The position numbers and the translations under genes were made by a program. The notes beneath the pieces were generated by a model, which was not told the DNA's origin, did not search any database, and was given only the letters and a program-made list of their open reading frames with translations. A stretch of 32,000 bases of DNA from Demequinaceae bacterium (GTDB lineage: Bacteria > Actinomycetota > Actinomycetes > Actinomycetales > Demequinaceae), in the NCBI GenBank assembly GCA_965250005.1, contig OZ252279.1:720001-752000 (forward strand). Reading direction: 5' to 3'. How positions within the stretch are numbered: position 1 is the first letter of the stretch; every line of letters starts with the position of its first letter. Positions 28,465-32,000 of this stretch are shown in pieces.

Positions 28465-28905
28465 CTACAGCGCGCGGCCCATCCCGACGGTCTCTTCGAC
28501 CGCGAATCCCAGGCTGCCGTAAAACGCGATCACCGCATCGTTGTGGGTGCGCACCTGGAGGTTCACCTTGGGGTCGCCGCGCGCGGTGAGCTCCGCGACG
28601 GCGACCTCCACGAGCGCCGTTCCTACTCCCCCGCGCCGATGCTCAGGCGCCACCGCCAGATGATAGATCCACCCACGGACGCCGTCGTACCCGGCCGCCA
28701 CACCACCGACGATCGCGTCGCCGGCCTCCACCACTCACAGGAGTCCGTCGCCCATCGCGGCCTTGCGGTCCACGAACGCATTCGGCTCGTTGCGCGGCGG
28801 ATCGTCGGGGAACACCCGCGCGAATAGGGCTACCAAGGCGTCGCGGTCCGCGGCGACATACAACCGCGCTTTCAGCGGCTCGCGGGTTCTTGGGTCCGCG
28901 GTCAT
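28465..28905 (-). pseudogene. GNAT-family N-acetyltransferase interrupted by an in-frame TGA
   Basis: Minus strand from ATG 28905: MTADPRTREPLKARLYVAADRDALVALFARVFPDDPPRNEPNAFVDRKAAMGDGLL*VVEAGDAIVGGVAAGYDGVRGWIYHLAVAPEHRRGGVGTALVEVAVAEL...; the TGA is at 28737..28735. Confidence 0.75.
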
Positions 28906-28971
28906 GTGCACATTGTGTCGCGCCTGACGCGTCGCTAGTCGATAGACTCGCTCACTGACAAGCCAGGAGGC

Positions 28972-30825
28972 ATGATGACCAGATTGGGCGCGATTCCCCG
29001 AGACCGCGCGCTCGCCTCCGCCGCTATGGGGTCGGCGGCAGTCGCGAGCGCTGTAGCCGCCACGTATGGATTGCCGTTCTGGGCAGTCACGCTGATTGTC
29101 GCAGTTCCGTGGGTGCTCGCCATTCGTGCACGCCGCGGTACCGTGTTCGCGCTTGTCGAGATAGTCCTTGGATGGATGCTGGCAAGTGTGCTGGTGATGC
29201 TCGTGGCCGATGTGCTTCCTCTCGCGCTCGATACAACCACACTGACTGCCGCCGCGGCGATTGGCCTTGCTGGCTCCGCCGCGTGGGCGCTTGGGCCTCT
29301 GGTCGCGCCGAGGTCATCTACGCCAGTTTCTGTCTGGCTGGCCTCAGCCAGCGGTGCAGTCGTGTGGTTGTCCACCCTGGCCGTGCTGGCGCTCACTCCC
29401 GGGCGGTCGCCGATCTCATGGGCAATCTGGGGTGACGCCACCAACAACATGAACGAGACTCGTCGGCTCCTGGCCGAGGGGGGCCTCTCCGTGGGCGACC
29501 ACCTGCCCGTCGTGCCTCTGGTGCACTCCGTGCTGGCGACCTCAACCTCACCGGGCCGCGCAGGCCTGTCGTCGGGCGACGTTCTTGAACATGACCTCGC
29601 CGCTCAGGCCGCGGTGTGGGCGCTCCTGATCGCCGCAACGTGCGTGCTCTTCGGGGCCGTGGCCGCGCGAATCTCCGCGCTGAACGAATCGACCCCGCGC
29701 CAACTTCCCATCGTTGTGGGCGCAGCGGCGTCGCTCGTCCCGTTGACGTGGCCCGTTTCGGGATTCCCTTTGCTGTCGGGATTCATCAACACTCACTTTG
29801 TACTCGCTATCGTCCTCGCCGGAGTCCTGGTCCACTTTGAGGCAAGGCAACGCCCTCTCGCCAGTCTCACGGTCCAAGCGTGTGCGGTCCTGCTGACCGT
29901 GATGACATGGCCACCGATGGCCGCGGTGCCTGCCGCTCTCGCGTTCTTCACCATCGTGATCGAGTGGCGCACGTTGCGCGCGTCCCGCAAACGCGCGCTG
30001 GCCGGCCCCTTAACGTTCGGTGCGCTCACCATCGCGGCGATCGCGTTGTTCACTCTCCCAGCCCTCGCTAGGACAGCTAATGTTCCCTCAGCTGCAGGCA
30101 CAGTGCTCGATCTCTCGCACAATGCGTTTGTAGTCGAGTGCATCTTGGTTGCAGGCGGAGCTGCCGTACTGCTGCGCAGAAACCGCGCAGCCTCGCTGGG
30201 ACTGATCTCAATCGTGGCTTCGCTCGCGGCGGTTCTTCCGATTCTCATACTCGCCAGCGGCTCCACGTGGTCGACGTTTTCGTATTATCCCGCGAAGCTC
30301 CTGTTGTTTGCGGCAGTCGTTATCGGCCTGCTCGGCATAGGGCTTGCGGGCTTTGCGGTTGGGCTGCTGCCTTGGCGGGTTCTGTCTCGCCGTGCGCGCA
30401 CGGCCACGCTCGCGGCAGCGATGCTCGCGGCGATTGCTGGAGTCGTCCTCACGCCAGTTGGGCACGCATTCGCGACTGGCCCGGTCTTTCGGATGCTGAA
30501 CTCAGAGTTCTACGGCTCCGAGGAATTCATCGAGAGGACTTTCGAGTACACCGACGACGACGTGCTCCGGCTTGCTTGGCGCATCGACGGCGACCACGAG
30601 TACTACTCCAACTTCATCCTGATCAACCTCAGCCCAGGCGCGAGCGTCGGGGCTGGCGGATTGCGCTGGATTGCTGTTGCTCAGAAACCGGGGACCGTCG
30701 CGAGCCTGTGCGACATCGCCCGAGAATCAACGCTGCCCGTCATCGCCATGACAGACGACCCGGCACTGGCCAGCGAGGTCGCTGCCGAGTGCCCTGAGTT
30801 CGGCATCACTGTCGAACGGCGCTAA
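28972..30825 (+). CDS. Large multi-pass membrane protein, hypothetical
   Basis: 617 aa with many hydrophobic segments and a C-terminal soluble domain. Confidence 0.75.
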   Translation: MMTRLGAIPRDRALASAAMGSAAVASAVAATYGLPFWAVTLIVAVPWVLAIRARRGTVFALVEIVLGWMLASVLVMLVADVLPLALDTTTLTAAAAIGLAGSAAWALGPLVAPRSSTPVSVWLASASGAVVWLSTLAVLALTPGRSPISWAIWGDATNNMNETRRLLAEGGLSVGDHLPVVPLVHSVLATSTSPGRAGLSSGDVLEHDLAAQAAVWALLIAATCVLFGAVAARISALNESTPRQLPIVVGAAASLVPLTWPVSGFPLLSGFINTHFVLAIVLAGVLVHFEARQRPLASLTVQACAVLLTVMTWPPMAAVPAALAFFTIVIEWRTLRASRKRALAGPLTFGALTIAAIALFTLPALARTANVPSAAGTVLDLSHNAFVVECILVAGGAAVLLRRNRAASLGLISIVASLAAVLPILILASGSTWSTFSYYPAKLLLFAAVVIGLLGIGLAGFAVGLLPWRVLSRRARTATLAAAMLAAIAGVVLTPVGHAFATGPVFRMLNSEFYGSEEFIERTFEYTDDDVLRLAWRIDGDHEYYSNFILINLSPGASVGAGGLRWIAVAQKPGTVASLCDIARESTLPVIAMTDDPALASEVAAECPEFGITVERR

Positions 30826-30829
30826 CTCC

Positions 30830-31273
30830 CTACTCGTCCGCGCGCACGAACGCGTCGGGGGGCGGCTCCTGGATCAGCGCGAGGTGCATGGCGACGTCGC
30901 CCTCGACCGCGTAGACCACGTAAGTCGCGAACCACCCCAGGTAGCCGTCGACGGAGAAGTAGAGGTAGCAAACCGGCACAGCAACCTGATCGAGGTCGGC
31001 ATCGCAGTACGTGCCGAGACCCTCGACGCCGTCGATTGCGAAGTAGTCAGCAACCGCAACAGCCAAGCCGGGCACCCCCTGCGCGTCGCCGTCGTCGTAG
31101 CACGCGAGGAAGTTGAACGGGACGGCGTCTTCGCCTACAGCCGCGCTCTGCGCGCAGTCGATGTCCTCGACGTCGAGCGAGCCTGTTCCCGGGTTCACCA
31201 GGAGTTCGGTCGCCGCAAAATAGAGGTCCGACGGCGGCACTACCTGATCGAGCGCGGGATTGGACGAGGACAA
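30830..31273 (-). CDS. Hypothetical protein (DUF-like), possibly a lipoprotein whose signal peptide is out of frame (31344..~31275)
   Basis: 147-aa ORF from a TTG; an upstream MFAGVARGAGLLIAGALAARA segment in another frame would join to a CQQLSSSNP lipobox. Confidence 0.55.
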   Translation of the reverse strand: MSSSNPALDQVVPPSDLYFAATELLVNPGTGSLDVEDIDCAQSAAVGEDAVPFNFLACYDDGDAQGVPGLAVAVADYFAIDGVEGLGTYCDADLDQVAVPVCYLYFSVDGYLGWFATYVVYAVEGDVAMHLALIQEPPPDAFVRADE

Positions 31274-31349
31274 CTGCTGGCAGCCCGCGCCGCGAGCGCG
31301 CCCGCGATCAACAAGCCCGCGCCGCGGGCAACTCCAGCAAACATGTTCC

Positions 31350-32000
31350 CTAGGACCTTTCCGAACGGTTGACGGCCGAGACTATCGCGCGCAGCGTCGC
31401 GGTGGTGGTCGAGGGGTCGATGCCGACGCCCCACAGGATCCGGTCGCCAATCTGGCACTCAACGTACGACGCGGCCACCGCGTCGGCGCCCTCGCTCATC
31501 GCGTGCTCCGCGTAGTCAAGCACCTCGAGTTTCACGCCGCGCATTGCGAGCGCTTGCGTGAACGCATCGACCGGGCCGTTTCCCTCGCCCGAGACCTGAA
31601 CGGCCTCGCCGCCGTCCACGAGGTCAGCCTCCAGCGTGTCCGGCCCGTCGTCTGAAGACGAGGACCGCGTCCCTGTGAGCTTGAACCGGCCCCACTGCTC
31701 GGCGCCTTCTGCCCCGGGGAGGTACTCGTCCTGGAAGATGCGCCAGATGTCGGCCGACGTAAGCTCGCTACCCTCGGCCTCCGTCACCCGCTGGACCACG
31801 CGCGAGAATTCAATCTGGAGCCTGCGCGGCAGGTCCAGGTGATGGTCGGCCTTCAGAAGGTAGGCGACGCCGCCCTTGCCGGACTGCGAGTTCACGCGAA
31901 TAACGGCCTCGTAAGAACGCCCCACATCGCGCGGGTCGATCGGCAGGTACGGGACTGCCCAGAGCAGGTCGTCCACGTCCACGCCCTTCTTGGCGGCGCT
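31350..32000 (-). CDS. leuA: 2-isopropylmalate synthase, C-terminal part (continues beyond the window)
   Basis: VNSQSGKGGVAYLLKADHHLDLPRRLQIEFSRVVQ... and GEGNGPVDAFTQAL; the frame stays open to 32000. Confidence 0.9.
   Translation of the reverse strand, partial: SAAKKGVDVDDLLWAVPYLPIDPRDVGRSYEAVIRVNSQSGKGGVAYLLKADHHLDLPRRLQIEFSRVVQRVTEAEGSELTSADIWRIFQDEYLPGAEGAEQWGRFKLTGTRSSSSDDGPDTLEADLVDGGEAVQVSGEGNGPVDAFTQALAMRGVKLEVLDYAEHAMSEGADAVAASYVECQIGDRILWGVGIDPSTTTATLRAIVSAVNRSERS

Overview
The window is high-GC and reads like an actinobacterial chromosome. From left to right it contains the following. (1) A type II-C CRISPR-Cas locus: cas9 lacking its 5' end, then cas1, cas2 and a 17-repeat/16-spacer array (36-bp repeats, 29-30 bp spacers). 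The locus abuts a minus-strand tRNA-Met(CAT). (2) A decayed ammonium transporter, tRNA-Asn(GTT), a TetR regulator and a housekeeping block: dnaG, dgt-like, a Crp/Fnr regulator, nnr epimerase, dusB, glycyl-tRNA synthetase, a zinc ABC transporter with a Zur-like regulator, uppS, recO and the leuA C-terminus. (3) A complete-ended but internally deleted IS3-family element at 15667-16827. The most interesting part is positions 1-5710. The first 40 nt encode, on the minus strand, what looks like the N-terminus of an IS3-type OrfA (MPKVFPEEFRRDV). The cas9 reading frame resumes exactly inside the RuvC-I motif (..PLGTGSLGWAV..), with the catalytic Asp codon missing. At the far side, a 17-nt perfect inverted (anti-repeat) copy of the CRISPR repeat lies exactly one spacer length (30 nt) beyond the last repeat, on the same strand as the adjacent tRNA-Met. 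This suggests a tracrRNA/pre-crRNA arrangement transcribed from the tRNA side, antisense to the cas genes. A perfect 44-nt palindrome ends 1 nt before the first repeat. All of this was read by eye; no database or folding computation was run.
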